Numbered from the stretch's first letter, positions 1-10,342 are shown. The stretch is DNA of 64,000 nt from an uncultured Alphaproteobacteria bacterium (GCA_944393245.1 CALXZM010000003.1:14151-78150), one strand, 5' to 3'. Notes: generated by a model not told the origin, from the letters alone. Program-made: numbers and translations.

Positions 1-111
1 CACTAAATTTTATATTGCGTGTGCAGTGAAATTTAGCGTTTATGTGCGGGTGATTTTTATACTCTGACGCATGTGGACACTCTTTGAGAAGGGAAGGAAA
101 GGAGAAACGAT

Positions 112-1407
112 ATGATGCAGGCAGCGGCGACAAAAACAATGACTAACTTGGACGATATCAAGGGGGCCATCGCCGCAAAAATGGATTCTGCTGCATTTAC
201 TTCCTGGATTGCACCGTTACAGTTTGATGTTTGTGGGGATGCGTTGGTGTTGACGGCGCAAAATCAATTTTCTGCTGATATTATTGGATCCGTTCATAAA
301 AATGTTTTGGCAAATGTTGCGGCTGGTTTTGGTTTGAATTTGAAAATCGTTGTTCGTGGGGCGGGCGTTGTGGATGCGCCAGTTGCAAATGACAACAATG
401 TTCAATCTTTTGCGCCGGTGGCACCGGTTGCAAACAATGCGCGCAATTTGTCATTGGCGGCATTTGATTCATTTGTATGTTGTGATGAAAATGCATTTGT
501 ATTGTCGGCATGCAAAAAAATGGCGGCGGGGACGGTATCTTTTTCCCCGCTGTTTATTTACGGTCCGGCAGGGTGTGGAAAATCATTATTGGCTGATTGT
601 ATTGAAAATGCATCTGCGGGGCGCACAATTAAAATGTCTGGCGGTCAGTTTGTTTCTGAATTTACACGCAGTCTGCATGACAGAACAGTGTTTGCGTTCA
701 AGGATTTTTGCCGTAATTGTGACACATTTATTTTAGATGATGTTCAGTCGTTGGCCGGTAAACGTGCGACATGTGAAGAATTTGCCCAATTAATTATTGA
801 TTTACGTGCGGCGGGTAAAAATGTTGTGTTAACTGCAAATGTCGCACCGGGTAACTTGAATGGATTTGATCGCAGAATGCAGTCACTGATGGCGTCTGGT
901 TTGGTTGCAGACGTTGTTGCACCAACAACAAATGTAAAGCGTGTTATGTTAATGCGTGCAGGCGTGGCGTCCGATGTGGCAGATGAAATTGCAACACGTA
1001 TTGCGGGTGATGGGCATTTGGTTGGCGGGGTTGCAATGAAAATTAAAACGTATGCTGAATTAATGGGCGCAAATGTAACAATGGATGTTGCCCAACATTT
1101 ATTGGCGGATACATTGCAAAAGGCAAAAACCCCAATCGCAATGGTAAAAATGATGTGTGAAAAATTGGGGGTTTCATATGACGTCGTTTGTGGCAAGGGC
1201 CGCAGTCGTGCAATTGTTTTGGCCCGTCAAATGATGATGGCGGTATTGAAAATTGCAACAAATATGTCATTGACAGAAATAGGGCGCGTTTGTGGTGACC
1301 GTGATCATGCCACAGTTGTATATGCGATTGCACAAATTGAAAAATTGAAAAAGTCTGATTTGGTTTTGGCCGCACAAATTAATCAATTGGTTGCCGATTG
1401 CAAATAA
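112..1407 (+). CDS. dnaA: Chromosomal replication initiator DnaA
   Basis: 431 aa. Walker A GPAGCGKSLL, AAA+ core, and C-terminal DnaA-box-binding HTH (VLARQMMMAVLKIATNMSLTEIGRVCG...DHATVVYA). TGTGGACA DnaA-box-like site upstream at ~80-88. Confidence 0.9.
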   Translation: MMQAAATKTMTNLDDIKGAIAAKMDSAAFTSWIAPLQFDVCGDALVLTAQNQFSADIIGSVHKNVLANVAAGFGLNLKIVVRGAGVVDAPVANDNNVQSFAPVAPVANNARNLSLAAFDSFVCCDENAFVLSACKKMAAGTVSFSPLFIYGPAGCGKSLLADCIENASAGRTIKMSGGQFVSEFTRSLHDRTVFAFKDFCRNCDTFILDDVQSLAGKRATCEEFAQLIIDLRAAGKNVVLTANVAPGNLNGFDRRMQSLMASGLVADVVAPTTNVKRVMLMRAGVASDVADEIATRIAGDGHLVGGVAMKIKTYAELMGANVTMDVAQHLLADTLQKAKTPIAMVKMMCEKLGVSYDVVCGKGRSRAIVLARQMMMAVLKIATNMSLTEIGRVCGDRDHATVVYAIAQIEKLKKSDLVLAAQINQLVADCK

Positions 1408-1550
1408 TTAAGCATGATAATTTTGTGGCGGTGGAATTTCGCTGTTGGAATTACGCAGAAAATATGATAAAATACACTTATAAATATAAGATTTCGTGCT
1501 GAATCTAAACCAACCTTTATTTTCGGCATCTGGGACGGAGTAGAGATATT

Positions 1551-2861
1551 ATGAAAAAAGTTTTACTGTTTACAACATTGCTATTTGTATTACATATAGA
1601 AACCGCATTTTCAGCCCGTGGCGGATGCACCCCCATCAGATGTGATGAATCTAAATTTAATACTAAAGAAATGTTGACTCAGGATGGTGTAACAGGCGGT
1701 GTAAATAATAATGATGATGGTCGTTTTTCAAGTAAATTGTGCTATATGTGTGATACTGGTGGCCAAAATTCCCAGTGCAATTACAATGATATAGTCGTTA
1801 TTGCAAATGAAGGTGGACAAGGTATAGCTTTTCAGTGTACAGATACACGTGGTGCAAATGATACATGGATAAAAGTCAATGAATCTAGTTTGGGGGTGTG
1901 CGGTGATTCACCACTAAGCAAAATGGATGGTTATATAGCAAATGCTCTTATCTCAGAGTTAAGAGCGGGGCAAACAACGTCTGGATCTGTGTCTGTTAAT
2001 ATAACACAAACAGGCACTTATGATTCCTTATGTCGATACAGAAGATGCCTGGATGGATACACTGCATTTTCTGGACAGTTTTGTGTTAAGGCTCAATCGA
2101 ACGATCAATCGACACCGCAGCCAACACCAACACAACCCAATCAACAGACAACACCAACCACCACATCTATTTGCGAGGCACGGTGTAAATCTTTGACGGG
2201 GCAACAGTATGTTGAATGTACGACCTGTTGCAAGGTTCCAGAGAGTATTGCTGATTGGGATGGGAAAAATTGTGTCTGTGCTGATAAAAGTACTATATGG
2301 GATACTAACACGCAAACATGTGTTCCCCCCACTGTTTCTGATGAAGAAGAACCAGAAGTCGGATACACGTGTCCAGAATCTATAATAAATACAGTCAACG
2401 AGTGGCGCAGCACTTATCCACAATGTGTGGTACAAATAGACAATTTAATTTCATACTGTAATGCCAGTAATCCGAACGCGTCCCAGGTTAATACGTTGTA
2501 TACCCAAATACAACAATGCATCAGTGGTGTTGATGCAGATGCTGCTGCGGCCGCTGCGGCGGAACTGGCGGCATCCCAGGCTGCATCCCTGCGTCGTATA
2601 GAAAGTGCGGCATCAAAGATGAATGATATAGCATCTGGGTTAAAGTTAACGGTATGGCGCAACGAAGAAGGTAAATTTAATACATCACGTCTGTTATCTG
2701 ATTCCATTGCTGGTGTAGTATTGGGGACAGCGGGTGGATTAATAACCAGTCATGTGGTAAAAAAGAATAATATAGAAAACGGATTTGAAGACATACAATG
2801 CACCATCGGTGGCCAAGTGGTTGCCGGATGGGGTGACGAGTTCCGCGTCGGTATCCAATAG
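1551..2861 (+). CDS. Secreted Cys-rich protein with Pro/Thr-rich linker and C-terminal hydrophobic anchor; function unknown
   Basis: N-terminal signal peptide (MKKVLLFTTLLFVLHIETAFSA). Many Cys in CxxC...GY...C spacing, e.g. CRYRRCLDGYTAFSGQFC. Linker QSTPQPTPTQPNQQTTPTTTS, poly-Ala stretch, and a C-terminal TM-like segment SIAGVVLGTAGGLITSHVV. RBS GGAG upstream. Confidence 0.55.
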   Translation: MKKVLLFTTLLFVLHIETAFSARGGCTPIRCDESKFNTKEMLTQDGVTGGVNNNDDGRFSSKLCYMCDTGGQNSQCNYNDIVVIANEGGQGIAFQCTDTRGANDTWIKVNESSLGVCGDSPLSKMDGYIANALISELRAGQTTSGSVSVNITQTGTYDSLCRYRRCLDGYTAFSGQFCVKAQSNDQSTPQPTPTQPNQQTTPTTTSICEARCKSLTGQQYVECTTCCKVPESIADWDGKNCVCADKSTIWDTNTQTCVPPTVSDEEEPEVGYTCPESIINTVNEWRSTYPQCVVQIDNLISYCNASNPNASQVNTLYTQIQQCISGVDADAAAAAAAELAASQAASLRRIESAASKMNDIASGLKLTVWRNEEGKFNTSRLLSDSIAGVVLGTAGGLITSHVVKKNNIENGFEDIQCTIGGQVVAGWGDEFRVGIQ

Positions 2862-2879
2862 TCAGATGGGGAAAACAAT

Positions 2880-2908
2880 ACACCGGACTTAACGTCCGGT
2901 GTGGTTTT
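2880..2908. terminator. Hairpin ACACCGGAC-TTAAC-GTCCGGTGT between convergent genes; putative bidirectional intrinsic terminator
   Basis: 9-bp perfect stem with T-rich tails on both strands. Lies between the + gene ending at 2861 and the - gene ending at 2919. Confidence 0.45.
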
Positions 2909-2918
2909 ATGTGGGGAA

Positions 2919-3377
2919 TTATTTTTGTAATTCGCGTAACTTATTCATATATTGTTTGCGAATGTTTATTTGCCATTGCAAATCGCGACGTGACGCATGG
3001 TTCAGTCGGTATATAAAATCAGGTCTGCGCCAATCATATACTATTTCACCGGTCGGAAACAGCAGTATTGCAGGTTCAAATGTATCTTTGTCCAAATATT
3101 CGATGATTGTGCTGGCCAACTTTTCGCCCATTGTCGTTTTCAATTGTGCAAATGACGTTACCATATTATGGGTGGCGGGGTTTGGAAAGGGGACGGCACG
3201 CGCCCATGTATCAGAATTTTCAACATTTTGCCCGTTTATTGATACTATTTGTAATGGTGTTGCACCGTATTCACCAAAATAACGCGCACTGCCAGAAAAA
3301 CGTACAGTGTATGTGTTTTTATTTTTTTTGCTGTCGCGTGTATGCGGCGGCGTATAATTTTGTGGTGTTTTGTTCAT
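2919..3377 (-). CDS. Hypothetical protein (152 aa), no recognisable family
   Basis: Clean ORF between a terminator hairpin and parE. No motif recognised. Confidence 0.4.
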   Translation of the reverse strand: MNKTPQNYTPPHTRDSKKNKNTYTVRFSGSARYFGEYGATPLQIVSINGQNVENSDTWARAVPFPNPATHNMVTSFAQLKTTMGEKLASTIIEYLDKDTFEPAILLFPTGEIVYDWRRPDFIYRLNHASRRDLQWQINIRKQYMNKLRELQK

Positions 3378-3399
3378 GAAATTATCCTTAATTGATTAA

Positions 3400-5379
3400 T
3401 TATACAAATAAATCCTTTACAAATTGGGCATGTTCAGTGATGAATTTAAAACGAAATTCAGGTTTTTTGCCCATTAATTCGGATACTATTGTACGGGTTT
3501 TTTCTGTATCTTCGGCACCGTCGTCCGTACGCGGCGGCAGGTCAACGCGTATCAGGCGACGCGTTTTGGGTGACATTGTTGTTTCCTTTAACTGATTCGG
3601 CATCATTTCACCCAAACCTTTGAACCGGGATATTTCGATTTTTTTATTTTTGTATTTCGTATTTTTAAGATTTTCTAGTTCTTCGTCCGTGTCGACATAT
3701 ATCGATTCGGTGCCACATGTTAATTTATACAGTGGTGGACAAGACAGGTACAAGTGCCCGCCGTAAATCAACTGGGGCATAACCTGATAGAAAAACGCCA
3801 TCAGCAATGATGCAATATGACTGCCGTCGACATCGGCATCGGTCATGACAATTATTTTTTCATAGCGCAGTTTGCTGTCGTCCCAATCGCGCACCGTGCC
3901 GGCACCGATAATATCGATTAATTCGTTTAATTCCTTGTTCGCACTGAAACGTTCGTCGGAATTTGAAACAACATTTAATACTTTCCCACGCAGCGGCATT
4001 ATTGCCTGGGTCGCGCGATCGCGTGCCTGTTTCGCAGTGCCACCGGCGGATTCGCCCTCTACTATAAACAACTCAGTTCCGCTGACGCCATGTTTGGAAC
4101 AATCGGCCAATTTTGCAGGCATACGAATTCGCTTCGTTGGGGTTTTGCGGGCGATTTCTTTGACCTGTTTTGTTTTGATGCGCGCGTTTGCCAGGTTTAT
4201 GACAAATTCCAGCAATGCGTTTGCTGTTTTGGGATCTGATGCCAAAAATATTTCCCATGGATCACGCAGGGCGTTTTCTGTAAAACGCGCAATTTCAGGA
4301 TTGGATAATTTTTCCTTGGTCTGGCCCAGAAATTGCGGTGTTTTATAAAATACAGATACAATCGCCGCAACAGAATCAAATACGTCATCACTGATTATTG
4401 ATGCCGCAGATTTATTATTGGTTTTTTCACCATATGCCTTTATCCCGCGGGTAATCGCAGATTTAAAGCCCGTTTCATGCGTTCCGCCGTCAATTGTTGC
4501 AATTGTGTTGCAATATGATGCAAAAAAGCCATCGTCTGATGCCGCACCGTTTTCATCCGTTAAAAATGTTAAAGCCCATTCCACACGACCCGAATCATCG
4601 GGAAAATCAACCGTGCCACTGAAAATTTTGGGTAAAATACGCGGTTTATCACGGGTTTTTTCATCCAGAAAATCTGCCACACCATTTGGATAGTAAAATT
4701 CCGTCTGGGCGGGAATATTCATGTCGTCTGTTAATAATTCTGGATTGCATATCCATTCAACGCGTACACCACGTGACAGAAATGATTTTGCGCGGGCCAT
4801 ACGATAAATCTTGACCGGTTTGAATACCGCGTTTGCGCCAAATATTTCATCGTCAATTGTGAATCTGATTTTTGTGCCATGATTTTTTGTGGCGTCGCCA
4901 CGTGTCATTTTACTGGTCGGTTTGCCACGTGAAAATGTTTGACGCCATTCGTATCCGTCACGGGAAATCGTCACAATCATTTCAGATGACAGGGCGTTGA
5001 CCACTGAACTGCCAACACCGTGCAGACCACCACTGGTTTTATACACATTATTATTGAATTTTCCGCCAGAATGCAGGGTGGTTAAAATAACCTCCAGCGC
5101 GGATTTGCCCGGGAATTTTGGGTGTTCGTCAACTGGAATTCCGCGGCCGTCGTCGGTTATTTCAATCGTTTTGGCGTCTATTAAATTTACAATAATTTTC
5201 TTGGCAAAGCCGGCGACAGCCTCGTCAATAGAGTTGTCCATAATTTCCACCGGCAGATGATGCCATGCCTTTTCATCTGTGCCACCAATATACATGCCGG
5301 GACGCAGGCGCACGGGTTCCAAACCCTCTAATACCTGAATATCCGATGCGTCATAAGAATGTGTGTTTTGTTCAGTCAT
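3400..5379 (-). CDS. parE: Type IIA topoisomerase ATPase subunit; length and N-terminus favour topoisomerase IV subunit B (ParE) over GyrB
   Basis: 659 aa. N-terminus YDASDIQVLEGLEPVRLRPGMY matches the ParE/GyrB GHKL ATPase. TOPRIM (EGESAGG, DxD) and C-terminal region present. Lacks the ~170-aa insertion typical of proteobacterial GyrB. Confidence 0.75.
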   Translation of the reverse strand: MTEQNTHSYDASDIQVLEGLEPVRLRPGMYIGGTDEKAWHHLPVEIMDNSIDEAVAGFAKKIIVNLIDAKTIEITDDGRGIPVDEHPKFPGKSALEVILTTLHSGGKFNNNVYKTSGGLHGVGSSVVNALSSEMIVTISRDGYEWRQTFSRGKPTSKMTRGDATKNHGTKIRFTIDDEIFGANAVFKPVKIYRMARAKSFLSRGVRVEWICNPELLTDDMNIPAQTEFYYPNGVADFLDEKTRDKPRILPKIFSGTVDFPDDSGRVEWALTFLTDENGAASDDGFFASYCNTIATIDGGTHETGFKSAITRGIKAYGEKTNNKSAASIISDDVFDSVAAIVSVFYKTPQFLGQTKEKLSNPEIARFTENALRDPWEIFLASDPKTANALLEFVINLANARIKTKQVKEIARKTPTKRIRMPAKLADCSKHGVSGTELFIVEGESAGGTAKQARDRATQAIMPLRGKVLNVVSNSDERFSANKELNELIDIIGAGTVRDWDDSKLRYEKIIVMTDADVDGSHIASLLMAFFYQVMPQLIYGGHLYLSCPPLYKLTCGTESIYVDTDEELENLKNTKYKNKKIEISRFKGLGEMMPNQLKETTMSPKTRRLIRVDLPPRTDDGAEDTEKTRTIVSELMGKKPEFRFKFITEHAQFVKDLFV

Positions 5380-5540
5380 AGCACAATAGTATTAGTACAT
5401 TTTGCCAAATCTTGCAAGTGAAAGAATTCTGGAACGTGCGTTGTATGGCCCATGAATACAAAGGAAAATATTTTTATAACCTTGATTTTTATATTATTAT
5501 ATCTATATATTTGTGGGCATAAGAATTATGGAATACAAAA

Positions 5541-6671
5541 ATGAATAAAAATCCGTATGAAGTTTTAGGTGTCGCACGTGATGCGTCGGATGCTGATATT
5601 AAAAAAGCATACCATAAATTGGTGATGAAATATCATCCTGACAGAAATCCAGGGGACAAGGCGGCCGAAGAAAAATTCAAGGAAGTCAATAACGCTTTTG
5701 ATATTTTGAAAGATCCGCAAAAGCGTGCTGCATATGACCGGTTTGGTGATGCGGCATTTGCGGGTGGAAATGCGTCTGGGGCAAATCCTTTTGGGGCGGG
5801 TGCCAATCCATTTGGTAATGGGGCGTTCCATTTTAACATGGGCGGTGGTGCCGGTATGGATGACATTTTGCGTGAAGCCATGCGTGGTTTTGGTTTTGAT
5901 ATGGGCGGTGGCGCACGTGGTGAAAATGCACAACGTCGTGGGCGCGATTTGCTGGACGATGTGTCAATTGATTTACGCGATGCGTATTTTGGTACAACGC
6001 ATACGGTAAAATTTACAACAAATGTCGAATGTGACAAGTGTCATGGTTTTGGTACCGCAGATGGGAAAGAGGCACCCACATGTTCGCGCTGTGGCGGGAC
6101 AGGCTATGTTCGTACGGCGCGTGGATTTTTTGCAATGGAAACACCGTGTCCTGACTGTAATGGGTTGGGGCATAAAATTGACAAGAAATGTCCACAATGT
6201 GATGGGGCAGGTATTGTACGCAAGACCAGAACACTGGATGTAAAAATACCCGCGGGGGTCGAAGATGGTGCGCGGTTGCGCTTGGCCGGTCAGGGTGAGG
6301 CCGGACAAAACGGTGCGCCGGCGGGGGATTTTTATCTGGATATACATATTCGTCCGGACAAGCGGTTTGTACGCAATGGGCCTGATTTGATTACACGTGC
6401 GGATATACCGTTTACCACATTGGCATTGGGCGGTGAAATAGAGGTTGACACCATTGATGATAAAAAATTATCTGTAAAGGTTCCGGCCGGTACCCAGGTG
6501 GGGGAAAAGTTGCGTGTACGCGGGCATGGAATGCCGGGGCGTCGTGCCGGGACGTTTGGTGATTTGTATATTGAAATAAATATGCCGGTGCCAACAAAAC
6601 TGACCGAAAAGCAAAAGAAAATTTTGACCGAATTTGCCGAAACAAAGGGCACCAGAAAGGGTTGGTTTTAA
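5541..6671 (+). CDS. dnaJ: Molecular chaperone DnaJ
   Basis: J-domain with HPD (KYHPDRNP), G/F-rich region, four CxxCxG zinc-finger repeats, and C-terminal domains. Confidence 0.9.
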   Translation: MNKNPYEVLGVARDASDADIKKAYHKLVMKYHPDRNPGDKAAEEKFKEVNNAFDILKDPQKRAAYDRFGDAAFAGGNASGANPFGAGANPFGNGAFHFNMGGGAGMDDILREAMRGFGFDMGGGARGENAQRRGRDLLDDVSIDLRDAYFGTTHTVKFTTNVECDKCHGFGTADGKEAPTCSRCGGTGYVRTARGFFAMETPCPDCNGLGHKIDKKCPQCDGAGIVRKTRTLDVKIPAGVEDGARLRLAGQGEAGQNGAPAGDFYLDIHIRPDKRFVRNGPDLITRADIPFTTLALGGEIEVDTIDDKKLSVKVPAGTQVGEKLRVRGHGMPGRRAGTFGDLYIEINMPVPTKLTEKQKKILTEFAETKGTRKGWF

Positions 6672-6682
6672 ACGTACAGAAA

Positions 6683-6724
6683 AACGCGCTGTGTGCATGA
6701 AATAGTGCATGCAGCGCGTTTTAT
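6683..6724 (+). terminator. Intrinsic terminator hairpin after dnaJ (AACGCGCTG...CAGCGCGTT + TTAT)
   Basis: 9-bp stem with an internal TGCATG/CATGCA sub-stem, followed by a T-rich run. Confidence 0.45.
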
Positions 6725-6737
6725 ATGCTTTTAAAAA

Positions 6738-6766
6738 ATCCCGTCATTTTTGACGGGATTTTTTAT
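6738..6766. terminator. Bidirectional intrinsic terminator (ATCCCGTCA-TTTTT-GACGGGAT + T6) between dnaJ and pgsA
   Basis: Perfect 8-9-bp stem flanked by A-run upstream and T-run downstream, so it works on both strands. Confidence 0.6.
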
Positions 6767-7365
6767 TATTTTTTTATTTGTTTTAATTTTTGGGCAAATG
6801 TAAATGTGTATTGTGTTGCCGACCACAATGATGCCAACAGTGCCAACCATGTGCCCCAAATACCGATATATGACAATATGTTCATTGTTGTTAACATTCC
6901 TTCGTTCATGGTGTCTGTGACCAATGTTGCCAATGCAAATAATAACAAGAATGCCGTAATCGCAATCATTTGCAGTGTTGTTTTTATTTTGCCCATTGAA
7001 AAACGCGCCTTTGGTACGGGCATTTCTATCTTTTGTGTACCCAGAAATTCACGCAGGCCACTGATGTATAATTCGCGCGCAATCATTAAAATTACTGGAA
7101 CAACGATAAACCATACCGGCATTAAAACAGTTAACATGATTAACGTATTAACAACCAACAATTTATCGCCAATGTGGTCCATTACGCCGCCCAATTTTGT
7201 GCATACATTATATTTGCGGGCCAAAAATCCATCAAACCAATCTGATATCGCAGCCAGCAAAAACAATATGAACGTTGTCCAATACATGCCGAACATAATT
7301 GTTGGTATAATCGCAAATGCCGCAGCAATGCGAAATGCCGATAAAAAGTTTACGAAAAATTTCAT
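6766..7365 (-). CDS. pgsA: CDP-diacylglycerol--glycerol-3-phosphate 3-phosphatidyltransferase (CDP-alcohol phosphatidyltransferase family)
   Basis: Motif DWFDGFLARK...GDKLLV in a multi-TM protein. Start placed at internal MKFFVNF (RBS AGGAG) to avoid overlap with uvrC. Confidence 0.8.
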   Translation of the reverse strand: MKFFVNFLSAFRIAAAFAIIPTIMFGMYWTTFILFLLAAISDWFDGFLARKYNVCTKLGGVMDHIGDKLLVVNTLIMLTVLMPVWFIVVPVILMIARELYISGLREFLGTQKIEMPVPKARFSMGKIKTTLQMIAITAFLLLFALATLVTDTMNEGMLTTMNILSYIGIWGTWLALLASLWSATQYTFTFAQKLKQIKK

Positions 7366-7402
7366 AATGCAACTCCTTGGGTTTTTTATATCAATGCAAT
7401 TA

Positions 7403-8827
7403 TTATACCACTTCTGAATGAAAATGGGCATATATTTTTTCGGCGGCCGATTTCCCCAGGCCCGGTACGTGCATTAATGCGTCCAGACTGGCATCAGTTA
7501 TTGCACGCACAGAACCAAAATGGTTAAGCAGTGCACGTTTTCTGGTTGGACCTATGCCGTCGATTTCGTCCAATACGGATGATGTCATTTGCTTTGCACG
7601 GGTTGTTCGGTGGTATGTGATTACAAATCGGTGCGCTTCGTCACGGACAGCACGCAGTAATAAAAACAGGCGTGAATCTTTTGGTATGTCGCGACATATT
7701 GTGCCGTCAGGCATTATAAAGTGTTCGTCGCCATCGCGAACAACACCCTTGGTAACACCCAGTATCGGGATGTTAGGGGCCGTTTTATGTGCGATATTCC
7801 ATTGGGCTGGTCCGCCGTCAACAATTATTAAATCTAGATTTGGGCCACGTTCAACCGCACGTGATACAAATTCCGCCATCATGGCAATATCATTGCCGGC
7901 ACGTGCCGCGTCACGCAGTTTGAAATGCCTGTATCCAGCCTTGATAAATCCGTCATGGCCAAATGTTATCATTGCGCCAACTGGATTTTTTCCAAACAGG
8001 TGTGAATTATCAAAAACACCGGCCATGTTTATTTTTAATCCCAACCATTGTTCTAAATCGGTTACAGAATCTGACCAATCAAAATTCGCGCTGTGTGCAT
8101 GATTCCGGCGTATACCGCGTGTTGATGTTTGTGTTAAAGTTGCAATTTTATCACGTATAACGGCAGCAGATTCAAAATCCATCGCGTCTGAATATTTTTT
8201 CATTTGATGGGTTAAATCTGTGATAATTGGTTCGCTGTCCCCGGTCAGAATTCGTCGCGCCAATGCAACATTTTCAGCATAATCTGTTTGGGGAATTGTA
8301 CATGGGGCACTGCATCGGCCAATTTGATACAGCAGGCATGGGCGGGTGCGGTTGCGCATGAACGTATCGGTACAGGTACGAATTTTGCATACCTTTTGAA
8401 TTGTTTTTATCGTTTCGTTTAACGCATTTACCGATGGGTATGGACCATATACGTCACGACGTTGGGATATTTTACCACGAAATTTTAACAGGCGTGGATA
8501 TTCCGATTGGGTTAATGCAATCATTGGATACATTTTCCCGTCGGTCAGCATGATGTTATATTTAGGCTTTTGCGTTTTTATCAGGTGCTGTTCCAACAAT
8601 AATGCGTCTGATTCTGTGGGGACAGTTTCCCAGTCAACACGGGCGACCAGGGTACGCATAACCTGTTTATGGGGTTCCAATTTTGATATATCTGTGTATT
8701 GCTTTAAACGATTGTACAGGTTTTTAGCCTTGCCCACGTACAGTAATGTCCCGTCTGAATCATACATTTTGTATACGCCGGGGGCGTTGGGACTGTTTTC
8801 AATTAAATCAGAAAATTGAATATTCAT
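7403..8827 (-). CDS. uvrC: Excinuclease ABC subunit C (compact 474-aa form)
   Basis: N-terminal GIY-YIG (GVYKMYDSDGTLLYVGKAKNLYNRLKQY), UVR domain (MDFESAAVIRDKI), RNase H-like endonuclease region and C-terminal HhH pair (LDEIDGIGPTRKRAL...VPGLGKSAAEKI). Start taken at MNIQFSD. Confidence 0.85.
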   Translation of the reverse strand: MNIQFSDLIENSPNAPGVYKMYDSDGTLLYVGKAKNLYNRLKQYTDISKLEPHKQVMRTLVARVDWETVPTESDALLLEQHLIKTQKPKYNIMLTDGKMYPMIALTQSEYPRLLKFRGKISQRRDVYGPYPSVNALNETIKTIQKVCKIRTCTDTFMRNRTRPCLLYQIGRCSAPCTIPQTDYAENVALARRILTGDSEPIITDLTHQMKKYSDAMDFESAAVIRDKIATLTQTSTRGIRRNHAHSANFDWSDSVTDLEQWLGLKINMAGVFDNSHLFGKNPVGAMITFGHDGFIKAGYRHFKLRDAARAGNDIAMMAEFVSRAVERGPNLDLIIVDGGPAQWNIAHKTAPNIPILGVTKGVVRDGDEHFIMPDGTICRDIPKDSRLFLLLRAVRDEAHRFVITYHRTTRAKQMTSSVLDEIDGIGPTRKRALLNHFGSVRAITDASLDALMHVPGLGKSAAEKIYAHFHSEVV

Positions 8828-8878
8828 ACCTTTTATGATAGAATATAAAAAACTAAATATCAAATAGAGGTTATATAC

Positions 8879-9343
8879 ATGAAACAAGAATCTGGACGTT
8901 CAATGATTGAAATGATGGGGGTGTTGGCCATTATGGGGGTTATTACCGTGGCGGCAATTGCGGCAATATCCAGTGCGATGAACATGCAAAAACATAACGA
9001 GGTTAATGACCAAGTATTGCAAATGGTGACACAGGTACGTCAAACTTTTACTGAATATGATGATTATTCAAATATCAATAATGCAACAATATTTGGGGCA
9101 ATTGGTATGTCAAATAAAAATCCGTATGGTGGTACATATGAAATCAATGTCAATCCATCAAATACGCGCCAGTTTGTAATATCAATTAATGGTTTGTCGC
9201 AGTCTGATTGTGAATATTTTATAACCAAGGGCTGGGATGGTTCCGTTGGGTATGAGGCATCCGGGCGCACGGAAAGTGGTGCCACAGGAACGTGTACCAA
9301 TCCAAATGGTGAAAATGTTGTCAGAATAACGTACGGCGAATAA
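8879..9343 (+). CDS. Type IV pilin/pseudopilin-like protein with prepilin-type N-terminal cleavage/methylation motif
   Basis: N-terminus MKQESGRSMIEMMGVLAIMGVITVAAIAAI has Gly at -1 and Glu at +5 followed by a hydrophobic helix (class III signal). 154 aa with two Cys near the C-terminus. RBS AGAGG. Confidence 0.55.
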   Translation: MKQESGRSMIEMMGVLAIMGVITVAAIAAISSAMNMQKHNEVNDQVLQMVTQVRQTFTEYDDYSNINNATIFGAIGMSNKNPYGGTYEINVNPSNTRQFVISINGLSQSDCEYFITKGWDGSVGYEASGRTESGATGTCTNPNGENVVRITYGE

Positions 9344-9361
9344 TGCCGTGGGCGGGGTAAA

Positions 9362-10333
9362 ATGGCGGAAATGGTTGAAATTTCCCAGGTCGAAGATGGT
9401 ACGCGGTTATTGCGCTGGTTTTTGCGTCGGTATCCATCAATGCCCCAACGTGAATTTTATAGACTGTGTCGTGGCGGACAAATTCGGGTAAATTCATCGC
9501 GTGCCCGTGGCCAGGAAATTTTACATGCCGGTGATGTGGTGCGTGTTCCACCAACAGTGGCCAGTTATGCCGCCAAACCAACAAAAAAAACAGAAACTGG
9601 GGCAAATTTTTCATTGTCTGATTTGGAAAAATTGCGTCAGTGTATCATTCATGATGATACTGATATTGTTGTGTTTAATAAACCGGCTGGGTTGGCGGTT
9701 CAGGGCGGAACGGGAATCCGAAAATCTGTGGATAAAATGGCGGCCGCATTATTTCCGTATGATAAAATTTCGTTGGTGCATCGTCTGGATCGTGAAACCA
9801 GTGGGATTTTGGTCGTGGCAAAAAATCAGCGTGCCGCCCAGGTGTTGGCCGATGAATTTCAAAATAAATCCGCACATAAAGAATATTTGGCATTGTTAAA
9901 TGGCGATGTTCGCCCGGCGCGTGGGGTTATTGATAATTATATGGTCAAAGGCCAGGTGTTTGACACACCCGCACGTTTGAATGGGGGAACGGGGCAACGG
10001 CCACAACGTGCAATTACTGAATATCAGGTTTTATCCCAGGCCGGTGGACATTTATCGTGGGTTCTGTTTTCACCAAAAACTGGGCGTACGCATCAATTGC
10101 GTGTGCACAGTGCTGTGTGTCTGAATGCGCCGATTGTCGGTGATATGTTGTATGGGGCGGATAAGCAACTGGATGCACCGTTGCGTTCAATGTTGTCAAC
10201 AAATAACTTGTTTTTGTTGGCGTATAAGTTAACATTTCAGCACCCAGGCACCGGAAAAACGATGACTTTGCGTGCACCGATACCTGATTTTATGCAACCG
10301 GTAATAAAATTCCTGGAATTCAAATTGCCGTAA
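9362..10333 (+). CDS. rluC: RluA-family 23S rRNA pseudouridine synthase (RluC/RluD-like)
   Basis: S4-like N-terminal domain. Catalytic motif HRLDRETSGILVVAKN and the conserved RTHQLRVH block. Confidence 0.8.
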   Translation: MAEMVEISQVEDGTRLLRWFLRRYPSMPQREFYRLCRGGQIRVNSSRARGQEILHAGDVVRVPPTVASYAAKPTKKTETGANFSLSDLEKLRQCIIHDDTDIVVFNKPAGLAVQGGTGIRKSVDKMAAALFPYDKISLVHRLDRETSGILVVAKNQRAAQVLADEFQNKSAHKEYLALLNGDVRPARGVIDNYMVKGQVFDTPARLNGGTGQRPQRAITEYQVLSQAGGHLSWVLFSPKTGRTHQLRVHSAVCLNAPIVGDMLYGADKQLDAPLRSMLSTNNLFLLAYKLTFQHPGTGKTMTLRAPIPDFMQPVIKFLEFKLP

Positions 10334-10342
10334 AAGATAGCT

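Noticed and set aside
350-736. Overlapping out-of-frame and antisense ORFs within dnaA (350-736 +, 744-1196 -, 1043-1375 -) and within other conserved genes, e.g. 7554-8102 in uvrC, 15588-16139 in fba, 53457-54164 in rplB, 60726-61472 in rplO
   Set aside because: They are embedded in strongly conserved genes whose own frame carries the recognisable motifs, so the alternative frames are artefacts.
5380-5540. Sigma32-type heat-shock promoter upstream of dnaJ
   Set aside because: CTTG-like -35 candidates are present, but none has a properly spaced CCCCATNT-like -10. I could not support a specific call.
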